Shown here one piece after another: positions 36,615 to 48,446 of a stretch of 64,000 nt of DNA. Location of the stretch: positions 60,824,001 through 60,888,000 of the forward strand of contig NC_045707.1 of NCBI RefSeq assembly GCF_009834535.1. The letters run 5' to 3'. A program made the translations under genes and the position numbers. The notes beneath the pieces were generated by a model. It saw nothing but the letters and a program-made list of their open reading frames with translations. It made no database searches and was not told the origin of the DNA. How positions within the stretch are numbered: the first letter of the stretch is position 1; each line of letters opens with the position of its first letter. The DNA comes from Camelus ferus (taxonomy: Eukaryota).

Positions 36615-38844
36615 TGCCCCTCAAAGATTCTTTGGCAGATTCCTACATGTGTACCAATGACTAACCATCTGAAGGCAATTTCAACCTTCTTGCTCATGGG
36701 AGCAGACGTTGGAGTCTAGCCTCACTAGTAGCCACACAGGCTGTATTCATTTCCAATGAGATTTCCTTAGGAATAATTCATTTTGGGGTGGTTTGAAGTT
36801 TTTGGCAGAGATGCTCTCATGAACCCTCATTCTTTAACCTAAAATCATCTTTTTAATCTCTCTGGCCCCAGGTTAAGGCCTCTATTTAACATGACAGCAA
36901 CTGAGTATTTCCCCACTCTGACTGACATTCAACTTGATTATGGGTTCAGGCAATACCTAAAATCAATGTAAAAAAAAAGAAAGTGAATTCAGAAGGTTTG
37001 AAATATAAATCCGTTAAGGCCTGACATATTCTGGAAATTTTAGTGATTAGCTCACAGTCACCCTCTTCTCCAACTATGAAAATAACACTGTGAGTTTAAA
37101 CTAAAATAAGTATCTTGGACCTCCTTTGTAAGAAATTTGTCATTTAGAAAATGCAGAGAAGCAATTTCCATAAGTTCAAGGGCTCCTTATTACAAGAGAG
37201 AAGATAGTTTATTTTCACTTTATCTGTTACAGAGGGAGCCAATAGGCAGGAGATATTTCCCAAACTGGCCGAGCAGGTCTGTCACATCCCTCTGTGTCAG
37301 AGATGTTCCTGCCGCTTCTTACTCCACTGTTCCCACCACCACAGACACTCACTCTTTCCCCTTCTAAGTACTTAAATCTAATTTTTCCTTCAAGAGCAGC
37401 CTAGAAATCCTGTATTCTGAACCAAGATAACTGGTTATTATTAAGAAACATTATAATTTTCAAAATTCTACTTGTCCATATTGGACTCTGCATCAACTAA
37501 AAAAAACCCGGATCTTTTTTAATATGAATTGCTCTCAAGCCACAAGTTCCCTATTCTATACTTTCATAATTTTGTGCCTTCATTTCAGCTATTTCTGACT
37601 TCTCTCCAGATCTCCAGAGTCCTACATCCATTTTTCCACTCTATACACAGAAGGATTTGGTTCTGGGTGTAAGTTAGGTGCTGGGTGTACATCCTATATA
37701 TTCAGCTGATGCTTTGAGATCAACTGGATACATTGACCTTTTACCTTTCCCCTTGAAGCAGCAAAAGTTGGGACCAGCTGGGTTATTACCACCACTTCCA
37801 ACCTCTACATCGATCCTGAAGGAGAGAATCCTACTCCTGGACCGGGGGTACGAGAACAGCAGGACGAGAGGTGATGCCACTACTCCCTTGACCTGTGCTC
37901 TAAGGCTCTGGCTGCTGAGTGGATGCTTTCATGCACCCATGGACTTAGCTTAGGGCGAGCTGGTATCCACTGTTCTCTCTTGCCCTTACATCTCACCCAA
38001 TGCAGGGGCCATCTGGAACAATTATAATTTGTCTTAAGTGAGCTAACATTAGCATATACTTAAGGAATCAGGCCTCAGGACTGGGGGTATACACTGAACA
38101 GGTAAACACATGGGCAGTGCTCTTGCCACGTCTTGGATATCAGGACCCTGTCTTATATTACTTCTAAGGACAATCTTGTCCTTCCAGGGTATCCCTGAAT
38201 CATTTTTGCCTTCTAGTCTTCATACAAGTAACTAAGTAAAATATATCCTATTAAAAAAAAACAAGAACAGAGACTTTGGAACATCACTAGAGACTTTCAT
38301 TCATACTGGTATTAATTACGTATTTTGGGCATATTTGTTCCACAATAGCCTTTTTGTGCATGTGCAGAATTCAGCTCTGTTCCCAAAGTACACTGTGAGA
38401 TCCCTTAGTGCAGGTGCAGAATTGTAATGGTAAGCAGACTAAACCTCAACCTAGTGGCCAATGAAAAAGGGTGTCTCCTGAGTGTCCATAAAAAGGCTAC
38501 AGTGGAAATTTCTGCCTGGTAAATGTGAGGGAAAGGCAGGAATGTATCTGACCTTCTCTCTTGGGGAGAACTAGCCCAGGGTAAGTACCTTGGGGGTCCA
38601 CAAGGAACTGAGTCTTGGAGTGGCCTAGAAGCCTCATGCTTTGTCCACTGACAGGCTGAAACCATTAATTACTCGTACGACTTCCAGATATCTGCTCTTA
38701 GTAGACGAAAGAGTTTGGGTAGATTGAGTCACGTTATTTCCTTCTTTTCCTGGGCAAACTGTCAGACTGCACTTCTGAGCTTTCTTAGAAGACAGGTGTA
38801 GCAACGTGCTTGAGTTTTGTCGGTTGGAAATTCTAAGTGGATGC

Positions 38845-39366
38845 TGACACTGAGTTCAGGACTTGCCGCCTCAAAATATACCACTTGGATATATCGATTA
38901 TTTTGAATTTTAGACATTTGAAAAACAGTAAATTTAAGAAGAGGTTTTCTCTGGACTCCCCTATTTGCCTAAAGATAGAACCTCCAAAAGTAACTCAGCT
39001 GTCGTAGATCCCCTCCCCAGGAGTTTCATCAACCAGGGAAGATTGACTGTTATCACAGAAAAGACTAGAAGTCGACACCACACCCAGACTTTGTCACCAA
39101 CTATCGTACCTCCCATCTGTCCTTCTAAGGACACATTTATCTTTCCTAAAAATCATTTACTGTCCCCTGAGGGGCCTACATTCCTCCTCGCCTTTCCCTG
39201 TTAAAATGTTAAATCTGGATTCTAAGCTGCCTTGGAGAGTTACTCATTTTCCCCTGCATGTCTCCCATGTACACACGAGGCACATGTGTTACTACACTCC
39301 TTTGGTTTTCCTCTTGTTAATCTATCTTTTATTCCAGGGGTCTTGGCTAAAAACTCCTCCCCTATA
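38845..39366 (+). mobile_element. ERV1-class solo LTR (MER34-related)
   Basis: 'gccgcctcaaaatataccactt...gattattttgaatt...tatttgcctaaa...gagttactc...ttttcctcttgttaatctatctttt'. Confidence 0.8.
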
Positions 39367-39859
39367 ATCATTAGCATAGATGTGAAAAGAGCAGGATACA
39401 AAATTGTTTTTCCTAAGTCATCTCAAATGTGTTTTTGGAGAAGTAGGAGGACATCTGCCAAAATGTTAAAAATTGAGAGAATCAGTTCACTGAAAATGCA
39501 TATCCCTTCACCTAGATCCAGGACTGCCCCACACTCTGGAGGCCTCTTTGTTCCTCCCGCCTTGCTTCTCTCCAAGAGATGAGGAGACTTCTAGGCCAAG
39601 AGGTACACCCATCTGAAGCGCATCTCCCACCCCCAGGCCCCTCACTTTTATTCCATATGCTTCAGGTATACTGGACTCTGGAATGCCTGCTACTTTCATC
39701 TGTTTTGGGGTCTGTCTTCCTGAGGTTAGATCACATCCACTGTGCACACCTCTTGGCCCAGAGGTGGCCAAGAAACCCTTGTCTGTGGGAGTGAGGAGCT
39801 GTGATATTGATGTATAGGGCAGCGAATAAAGGGAAGGCAAATATGTAGGAAACTAATAG

Positions 39860-40549
39860 TAGATAAAGCTGATTAGTACAGTTTGTTATGTAGCTTCCTC
39901 TGGTGCCATCTCCAGACATCCAGGCTCTTAAGTTATCCCTGGTGATTAACTTTTTTTGGTTTTTTTAAAATGTACTTTTTTTTTATTGAAGTATAATTGA
40001 TTTATAATGTTGTATTTTCAGGTGTACGGCAAAGTGATTCAAATATATATGTGTATGTATATATACACATATATATTTCTGTGTGTGTGTGTGTGTATAC
40101 ACATACATATTTACTTGTGTGTGTGTGTGTGTGTATATATATACATGTGTGTGTTTATATATATATATTCTTTTCCAGATTCTTTTCCATTATAGGTTAC
40201 TAGAAGATACTGAATACAGTTCTCTGTGCTATACAGTAGGTCCTTGTTGTTGATCTATTTTATATGTAGTAGTATGCTATATATGTTTATTGCAAACTCC
40301 TAATTTATGCTTCCCCACAACTGCTTTCCCCTTTTATAACCATAGTTTGTTTTCTATGTCTGTGAGTCTATTTCCAGGTTGTAAGTAAGTTCATTTATAT
40401 CATTTTTTTTAGATTCCATATATAGGTGATATCATATGATATTTGGCTTTCTCTGTCTGACTTACTTCACTTAATATGATAATCTCTAGGTCCATCCATT
40501 TTGCTGCAAATGGCATTGTTTCATTCTTTTTTATGGCTAAGTAATATTC

Positions 40550-40588
<39 letters not shown>

Positions 40589-40965
40589 TCTACACACACA
40601 CACATATATACACCACATTTTCTTTATCCATTCATCTGTCAATGGATATTTAGGTTGCTTCCACATCTTGGCTATTGTAAATAGTACTGCTGTGAGCATT
40701 GGGGTGCATGTATCTTTTCAAGTTAGAGTTTTCTCCAGATATGTGACCAAGAGTGGGATTTTTGGATTGTATGGTGATTAACTTTTGTTCTTCCTGGTAG
40801 AGAGGAGAGGAGGTACAGCACTGAAAACTTATGTCCTGCTCTTAGGTAAATAGAGGAAAGGCAGGGAGGTTTTCTTATATCTGCTTCTTCTCAATTGCCT
40901 TCAGCTCAAAATAATCCTTATGCCAAAGTGACATATTTTGGAGGTAGCATATTCTGCCACCCCAC
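39860..40965 (-). mobile_element. Partial MER34-related LTR interrupted by L1
   Basis: Ends 'cagctcaaaataatccttatgccaaagtgacatattttggaggtagcatattctgccacccaca'; same subfamily motifs as the 60236 copy. Confidence 0.75.
39955..40771 (-). mobile_element. 5'-truncated L1 with TSD and internal microsatellites
   Basis: 15-bp TSD TGGTGATTAACTTTT (39940-39954 / 40772-40786); L1 3' end 'ttttattgaagtataattgatttataatgttg'; (TG/TA)n at 40045-40168 and (TCTG)n(TCTA)n(CA)n at 40551-40610. Confidence 0.93.
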
Positions 40966-40994
40966 AGATGGTGCTTGAATGCATGAACTGAGGT

Positions 40995-41312
40995 GTCACA
41001 CATACATATGCATAAGGTCCCTTGTGGTGCAAGATGGACCTGGGGGTGGGCAGAGGAAGGGGACTGGCTGCAGGCCAGGAGACTAGGGATGGACTCTCCT
41101 TGCATTGCCATGTTCTAGAACAAAACTTGTAGGAGTTTGTGAATTCTACATTTGAACTTGGCTTCTAGGTGATTATGAAGATATATTGGTAAGGTAAAAG
41201 ATAGAGTATATTTTATTATTTTATGAGTTTGCCTTATAATCTTAAATATTTGGGCACATGGTATAGGAGCCTCCATTTGCACCCAGGCCCTGCAGGGACA
41301 GGAACAGGCCTG
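40995..41312. mobile_element. MER69-like hAT-Tip100 remnant
   Basis: 'attatgaagatatattggtaagg...ttaaatatttgggcacatggtataggagcctccatttg...caggccctgcag...aggcctg'. Confidence 0.6.
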
Positions 41313-41319
41313 CTTAAAT

Positions 41320-41356
41320 ATACCCATTATCAACATTTGGCCACATTGGCTTGCCA

Positions 41357-41401
<45 letters not shown>

Positions 41402-42290
41402 GTATCTATTTATCTGTCTATCTCAAGCTGCCTTTTTAAAAAATACTGAAACATTTGAAACCATGCTCTGTAGAGTTAACAGAAGCTGATGACTAACAGG
41501 AATTCTTGAGCTCATCTTACAGAGCAACAGATAGGAGAACAGCTTGTTAAAACCCCTCTGCTTGTAAACTGCCTTCCTTGATGAAGCTCGCTTTAGTCAT
41601 TTTTTCCTTTTCTTGCTTTTTTCCCTCTCTTTAATTGCATACCTTCCCAGCTTCACGTGGCCCAGTTGTTTTTAAGAACTTGGGGTCAGCTCTTGTCCAG
41701 TGTGAGCTGCCTAAAGCTGCTTGGGACCACTGACCCTCAAACTGGGCCTGTGCAGGTGTCCGATGAGTGGTCTTTTGACATCAGAGGGCCAGAAAACTCC
41801 ACCCTCAGATCATGCTAAGTGCCTCCATTTTGAATATGCAGAGACATGTAACCCAGGTGCACCTGCACAGAGCACCGACCTTTCCCCATGCCAGGACCAC
41901 CCTGTTTATCCTATAAATGTCCCAACTTCAGGGAGGTGGATCAGACTTATTCTGTCATCTCCTCACTTAGCTGCCTTGTGAATAAACTCTTTTCTCTGCT
42001 ATAAACCTCAGCATCTCAGCATTTGTCTTGCTTCACATCAGGCAAATGGACCTGGTCCATTAACACATTTGAAAGTACGTTGTAGACACCATGATACTTC
42101 ATCTCTAAACATGTCACCATGTGTTTTCTAAGAACAAGGACATTCTCCTATATAACTGTAATATCATATCACACCAAAGAAGTTTGATATTGATATAATT
42201 AAATTATCTGCTATATAGCCTATTTTCAAAGTGTCTCCATTGTCTTAAAAATGTCCAATTAAGGTATTATACATGTCTTTTTATTCCATT
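41320..42290 (-). mobile_element. L1MC-like 3' fragment split by an LTR; includes a (TCTG)n(TCTA)n repeat at 41357-41420
   Basis: 'acatttgaaagtacgttgtagacaccatgatacttcatctctaaaca...ttctaagaacaaggacattctcctatataac'. Confidence 0.75.
41456..42065 (+). mobile_element. ERV1-class solo LTR (MER66/MER67-like)
   Basis: TGAAACC...TAACA termini with a perfect 4-bp TSD CATT; 'tgacatcagagggccagaaaactccaccctcagatcatgctaa'; TATAAA at ~21 nt scale promoter position ~41912 and AATAAA at ~41981. Confidence 0.88.
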
Positions 42291-42431
42291 TGTTTAGTTA
42301 TTCTTTTGTGTTGTCATTTATAAAGATGTGAGTTCACGCTGGATTAGAAAAAGAAAAACTGGTTCTTCACCTCAGATAGTTTGAGAAGCACTGTCCTGAA
42401 AATGGTGTTTGGCAGGAGTGTGGAGTGCGTA

Positions 42432-42460
42432 TGTGTGTGTGTGTGTGTGTGTGCGCGCGC
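42432..42460. repeat. (TG)n(CG)n alternating purine-pyrimidine microsatellite
   Basis: Seen directly. Confidence 0.95.
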
Positions 42461-42475
42461 TTGTAGGGTTGAAGG

Positions 42476-43009
42476 TGTCAAGGAGGAAGACATTTCCCTC
42501 TACCCTTCTAGGCTCTTCTGGCTGGTCTGAGAACTAAGTTGACAAGATGCAGATTAACAGGAGAAAGTCAAACAAAGTCTAATAACATGTATACATGGGA
42601 GCAGCCCAGGAAAACTGAGTAATTCTCTTAAATGGCCCAAGCCCTCACCTTGAATACTATCCTTAGCTAAAGACAAAAGAGGATGTGAGAGTGGGAACAG
42701 TCAGTTATGGGAGGTTACCAGGAAAGGCACAGTGAACAAGAATAATTATGGTGCAGATTTAAGTCTTTGCCTTTCCATTGATAAAAGTTTCTAGAGCTTT
42801 GGTTACCCTCCTTCTCCAGGTACGAAGAGGGAGACACACTTATAAATGGAGATTTCCCTTACAAATGTAAATATTTCTTACAAAAGGGCAACTTCTACTT
42901 GGTTTTCAGAACTCCTCCCAAGTCTGCTGTTTATTAGAAAATAACCACCTTAAAACAGTGAATATGCCAAAGAGACTTATTTTAGGGTGGCAAATTCTGC
43001 TCCTCTACA
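42476..43009 (-). mobile_element. ERV1-class solo LTR (MER34A-like)
   Basis: TG...CA termini with a perfect 4-bp TSD AAGG (42472-42475 / 43010-43013); 'cagattaacaggagaaa' and 'atatgccaaagagacttattttagggtggcaaattctg'. Confidence 0.92.
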
Positions 43010-43717
43010 AAGGGAAAGAGATCAAAGAAAAAGTCGTTAGTTTTTGATTTGGGGCTTTTTTTCCAATCTAGGATCCAAATGAGAATCATCCATAACATTT
43101 GTTTTTCATGTTGTATAGTAATAAAGTTATGAAAACACTAAGAAAAGCTTCCTGTTAAATAAGGGTCAAATTAGATTGCTTGATATAATTGGTGGAAATG
43201 TGAAAACACTAAATGCATTTTATGGAAATAGAATGCATGGTGTTCAGAATTTTAAGGGAGTGAGAGGAGAATAAATGCCAACAACCTTTGAGCCTTAATT
43301 TCACAGTTTTTTCCAAGCCTGTTATTCCTTAAGGATATGCTCCTGCTTTTCCCTTCTGTAGGTTTCTACTATGATTTTATCTTTATCCTAAAACTGAAGT
43401 GGAATAAAGGCAATGTCAGATAAGGGACATTTTAAAGTAAATAACACTTTAAGCCAGTTGTGTTCACATGTTTTTAATAAACAAATTTGCACTTTGCACA
43501 TTTGTAAATCCTTGCAGTGTTAAACACTGATTTCCTCACTTCTATCTTGGGCAGACTTCCTTTTCCAAATCCTCACATGTGACAGTAAAACATTGATGTT
43601 TGTGAAACACAACCATTTCCTGATACCTCATTCTTTTTCATGGCAGCAAACAGTAATGTTATAAGCATCTGTCTTACGAGCTTTCATTCAGGAATAAAAA
43701 AATGTTCTTAACAAGAA

Positions 43718-43969
43718 ATGTAAGCAGATAGGGTGGGGGTCCCCAGAGAAAAAGAACCAAGCATGGCTTTCCTGACATAAGAGAAGCCATTTTTGGCCCA
43801 AGCCTTTTTGTGATCTAAGTCTGGCCACAATGCTTGCCCTTGGACTGGTCTCAGTAATTAGTGATCTTAAGGGAAGAAAGGGAATGCAGGAACAAAGAAA
43901 AAGCAGTCAAGAAACAATACTTTAGCTCTAAAACAGAATCCTAGCTCCTCTTCAAGGAATATACATAAC
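43718..43969 (+). mobile_element. 5' portion of an ERV LTR related to the 62171-62679 LTR
   Basis: 'agggaatgcaggaacaaagaaaaagcagtcaagaaacaata...aggaatatacataaca' aligns by eye with the reverse complement of ~62445-62545. Confidence 0.7.
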
Positions 43970-44207
43970 AGTACTGCCCAAGACAGTAGCCATTAGCTAT
44001 TTAAGTTCAGCTATTCAAATTTTAAATAGTTAAGATTAAATTATAATAAATTAAATTAACATCAAATAAAATAAAAAATTCAGTTTCTCAGTTGCATTCG
44101 CCAAATTTCAAGTGCTCACTGGCTACACGTGGCAAGTTGCCATCATATTGGACACCGTAAATATAGAATATTTCTGTCATTGCAGACTGTTCTGTTGGAC
44201 AGCCCTG
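43968..44207. mobile_element. MER33-like hAT MITE
   Basis: 'aaaattcagtttctcagttgcattcgccaaatttcaagtgctcactggctacacgtggc...tatagaatatttctgtcattgcaga...ttggacagccctg'. Confidence 0.85.
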
Positions 44208-45269
44208 TTCTAGCATTACCTATAACACTTACCACAGTTCTGTTTACAGAAGATATTAAAAAAAAAGAATGTGAAATAATACAGAACACATAGTATTACT
44301 AATAAGGTTACTTTTAGTAAGATCAAGAAAAGTCACATTTATGGTTTATCATTTAAAAATGAAAGGGTTGGAATGGAAAGAGATAGACATTAAGAGACCT
44401 TTTTAAAAAACACACACCGATAGTACAAATAAAAGAGAGTACCTGCACTGTCTGTTTTCACAGTTGTGTGTATGTGTGTGAGAGAGGTTGTTGTCAGGAT
44501 AAAAATGAGAGTCTTCATGAATTATGTAAGGCCTTAGACAAGTGTGAGGTATTGTTAGCAATAATTACAACAACATAAACAGCAGTTTGGCTATTCTGGT
44601 TTTGAGACAAAAGGAGACGGGGTAGTGACTTGAAATTGAGACACACTGGATCTTTTCCCTCATTGTTTTTTCTCACTAGGTTTTACCATAGAGTTTGCAG
44701 ACTCTGACTCGACAGGGGAGCTGCATACACAGGAAACGTTGAGAAATGTTGCTGCTTTCAGGAGCATCAACATGGCCCTCCAGACAGACTGGTTAAGCCC
44801 TGCAACTGGCTGAGCTTGTGGACAGGAGTCCCGTCCTCTTCTGGTGAGCAGCATTCTTGGGTTCTGAGTCCCACCCCTGATTAGGAAACTCGCCATCCTA
44901 GGCAGAGAGGCTGTGGACTCTCCAGGGCCTCCCTCCCTAAAGACTCCCGATTGATACCTGCCCTCCAGCACCGCACTGATATTGGACTGTCAGTGGCTTT
45001 TTCTTTATTCCTTTTTCTTTTAAATTGAATGCATGGATCATGAAATAACAGCTACACAGAATGGTTTTGCTCAGCAGAGTATAAAGATTATTTGCAGGAA
45101 AATGTTGTTTTACGTATAAGTGAATAAAAATATAATGAATATCATCTTAGGATCATGGTAAGAAGTATACAAAGACTCTCAGAGCTGAAAGAGGCATTTT
45201 AATCATTTAGCCCAAAGATGAGGAAGTCCCTGCTGAGAAGTAGTCCCCAGTCTCTGCTTAGGAGGTACC

Positions 45270-46100
45270 CGTATGTCAGTGAGTGTCCTGGCAGGAAATA
45301 GATGGCACAGTTTAACTGGGGAACTAGAGAGCGTCGATTTACAAAACTGTAGGCGGGCTTCATGGAAACCAGCAAGGAACAGTGCAGTACTTTAAAACTA
45401 GCAACATCAGGGAGCCCTGCCTCCCCTGTGCCTGATGGGGCAACAGAGGCCATGGTTCTTAGACCTCTGAGAGGGTAGCTTTCTTGGTCCACCCAGGCTG
45501 CTATAACACAATACTGTAGACCGGGAGGCTTAAACAACAGACATTTGTTTCTCACGGTTCTGGAGGCTGGGAAGTCCAAGATCAAGGTGCTGGCAGATTG
45601 GGTTCCTGGTGAGAGCTTGCTTCCTGGATTGCAGGCAGCCACCTGCTCACTGTGTCTTCACATGGCAGAGAGAGGGCAGGCTCTGGTCTCTCTTCCTTTT
45701 CTAAAAAGGAAGCTAATCCCATCAAGGGCACTGCATCCTCATAACCTCATCTCAACTAATTACTCCCCAAAGGCCCACTTCCAAACACCATCACTTTGGA
45801 ATCAGGGCTTCATGTGATTTTGAGGGGAACACGGATACTGAGTGCAAAGCAGCAGCAAGTGGGGAGGGCTGCCTGACAGGAGCCATCACCTTCAGTAGAG
45901 GGATGAAGACAATCTGACACGAAGGGGGGCCTGGGGAGTAAGGACCCCCCATCTCACTTTCCACAGCTCTCCTATTGGCCAGACTCACCAAGAAGCAGGA
46001 GGATAAGGTGGCCAGTTGATCTGGTTTATGTCAGTCAGCCTCTTTTACCACAGAGCAAGAGGAATAAGGATCTGGAGCGGCAAATAGAAAATATACAGCT
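45270..46100 (-). mobile_element. LTR33-type ERVL LTR, interrupted by MLT1A
   Basis: 'tcctggcaggaaatagatggcaca...tttacaaa' ... 'ctcctattggccagactcaccaagaagc...gtcagcctc...ggatctggagcggcaaatagaaaatat'. Confidence 0.75.
45480..45851 (-). mobile_element. MLT1A0-type MaLR solo LTR
   Basis: 'caggctgctataacacaatactgtagaccgggaggcttaaacaacagacattt...ggaagtccaagatcaaggtgctggcagatt'; near-TSD GTAGC/GCAGC. Confidence 0.9.
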
Positions 46101-46234
46101 GCGGGGGAGGGTTCAGCTCAAGTGGCAGAGCGCATGCTTAGCATGTACGAGGTGCTGGGTTCAATCCCCAGTACCTCCTCTAAATATAAATGAATAAACC
46201 TAATTACCTCACCCCTCAAAAAAAAATAATAAAA
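46101..46234 (+). mobile_element. tRNA-Ala-derived SINE (Vic-1-like), full length
   Basis: tRNA head, 'aaacctaattacctcacccc' tail and A-tail; 14-bp TSD AGAAAATATACAGC (46086-46099 / 46235-46248). Confidence 0.95.
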
Positions 46235-46743
46235 AGAAAATATACAGCCAGCCTCTCAGGCTACTTATTTCCCTGGAATGATTAAATGCAGTAATGTGTG
46301 TAAGGCTCTTTGTGTAGTATCTACAATGCTACAGAAACTTAATAAATGCTAGTGTGCTGAGTATAAAATTTATAGTCCCAGACTTACTCCATTTTTCAAA
46401 AGTTTAAAAACTGAGATAGGATCTAGAGTCCCCAATCTGTTTAGCAGACTGCAGAAAATAGTCTTACCAAATTATTGAAACTCAGTCATTTTTGAAAAAT
46501 TCTTTTTTTTTTTTAGATAAATTGCCACATTCAGGGTTTTCCTTTCCACTTTCTTCTCCATTTCTCCCCTTCTTCCCAGGTCTGATCTAAATTTCTGGAA
46601 GGATCTTACAAATGATGTAGGTATCAGTAGTGTGTGGCTCGCTGCCATCCTATGTCCTCTGTGCTATTATCATCTGTTCTTTCCAGTTCTGTGGTTTATG
46701 CCACATACTTATGCTCTGAGTCTTCCAGGCTTTATTCTTAATA

Positions 46744-47211
46744 CAGGCAGACCTCGAAGACATTGCAGGTTTAGGTCCAGGCCACCACAATAAGAGCAAA
46801 CATTGCAAAAAGTGAGTCACACAAATTCCTTGGTTCCCCAATGCATATAAGTTATGTTGACACTATGCTATAGCCTCTTGTGTGCAGTAAGTCTAAACAA
46901 TGTACATACCTTAATTTTAAAATACTTTATTGTTAAAAAAGGTAATCATCGTCTGAGCCTTGGGTGAGTCGTAATCTTTTTGCAACAGTAGCCTCAATCA
47001 TCACTGACCACAGATCATCATAACAAATGTAATAATAATGGAAAAGTTTGAAATATTGTGAGAATGACCAAAATGTGACACAGAGACATGAAGTGAGCAA
47101 ATGCTGTTGGAAAATGGCACCAGTAGACTTAGTCAACACAGGGTGGCCACAAACCTTCAATTTGTAAAAATCACAGTTATCTGCAAAGTGCAGTAACATG
47201 AGGTATGCCTG
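46744..47211 (-). mobile_element. Internally deleted Tigger1 DNA transposon
   Basis: TIRs TA|caggcagacctcg ... gaggtatgcctg; same Tigger1 end sequences as 638-1134, in the opposite orientation. Confidence 0.92.
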
Positions 47212-48294
47212 CACTTACAATCAACCTTCAGAATTAAAAATTAATAAAACCAAATATCTTTCAGCCTCTCTTGCCCCCTTAGCTAGATAACCACATGCAA
47301 TGAATTATCTGTTCAACCACACACAGCAGTCTTCACAATGTGGTGTTAAAGTCTGTTATTAAGAGTCAAATATCATAGAATTCTGTCTGAAGCAATGAAA
47401 TTAAGTATCAGGAGTAATAATTAAGAAAGATAGTCAACTATGATTCTGTTTATTATAATACTGATTTTGGGGTGCTTCATATTTATTAGGGAGTGAATAA
47501 GACTGACCACCCAGTAGCCACACATCAGTGACGTTTGACCTACCTTGTCAGGAAAGACTTTAATTTTCACGGATGTGTATGTCTGAAGTTTGGCTCTCCA
47601 CTGAGTTTCTGCTTCCAGGTAATAAATCTTTTTCTTTCTCAGCCTCACTGATATGAAAATGGAAGGAAGTTTGCTGTGATCTCTGGGCTTCAGTTTGGTA
47701 AGATGCCACAAGGGGATAAGGGAATAAGACCAAAAGATAATTTGATTATTTGATGTATTTGGAAGCATATCCCAATGCTCTGAAAACTGGAATTTTGACA
47801 TTTTGAAGTAAGATTAATGTGGTCTGCACGCTGGGCCAACACCCAAACTGGGTAAGTAGTATGGTGCCTGTTCTAGGCTTGAAGGTATTGCCTAAATCCA
47901 ACTAATGGCCAAGGAATGTGGAACCATGGAAGTCAAGAGGATTTAGTTAATCTTCGTCAGCCTTTTGTGATTTGACCCTTTGTGGTTAGTTCTGAACAGG
48001 TTCTGAAGTTTAATTCCTTTGTCCATGTTACCATGTGTGCATCCAAAAGAAAAATAAGAAGAATCCCATCCTGCCCTCCATATACACACCTAGAGAGCCA
48101 GCAGGGATTAACTGCAAGAGCCCACCTTGCTGAGGGCTCTGCCCAGTTATATAAAAGACCAAGTATTTACATTCATCCTCATTGCTAGGACACAATGTGT
48201 TCTCAGTGTATTACTCTTGTTACCTTTTGAGTGGTGGTATTTGGTTACTCACTGAGTAACAGGAGAAGAACCAGTATAAATGGTAGAGAGATTA

Positions 48295-48446
48295 TAAGAG
48301 CAAACACCTATTTAGTGCTTTCTTTGTGTCAGGCCCTGGGATAAGCACTTTTCGTATATTAACTTATTTAATTCTCCCAGTAACCCTATGATGTAGTTAC
48401 TGTTCCTAACATTCCCATTTTAATGGATAAAGAAACTGAGGCAGAG
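48295..48446 (-). mobile_element. MIR
   Basis: 'tatttagtgctttctttgtgtcaggccctg...aaccctatga...cccattttaatggataaagaaactgaggcagag'. Confidence 0.85.

Noticed and set aside
36383..36697. 104-aa ORF with a protein-like motif (also 28625-28810 and 54802-55123)
   Set aside because: L1 ORF2 C-terminal remnants in truncated elements, not host genes.
37674..37953. GC-richer segment with overlapping ORFs
   Set aside because: No recognisable homology, convincing splice-site pair, poly(A) tail or TSD.
46101..46180. tRNA-Ala gene (also at 8549, 34010 and 53873)
   Set aside because: Imperfect acceptor and T stems, A-rich tails, and in most copies a SINE-specific tail and TSDs show these are SINE heads.
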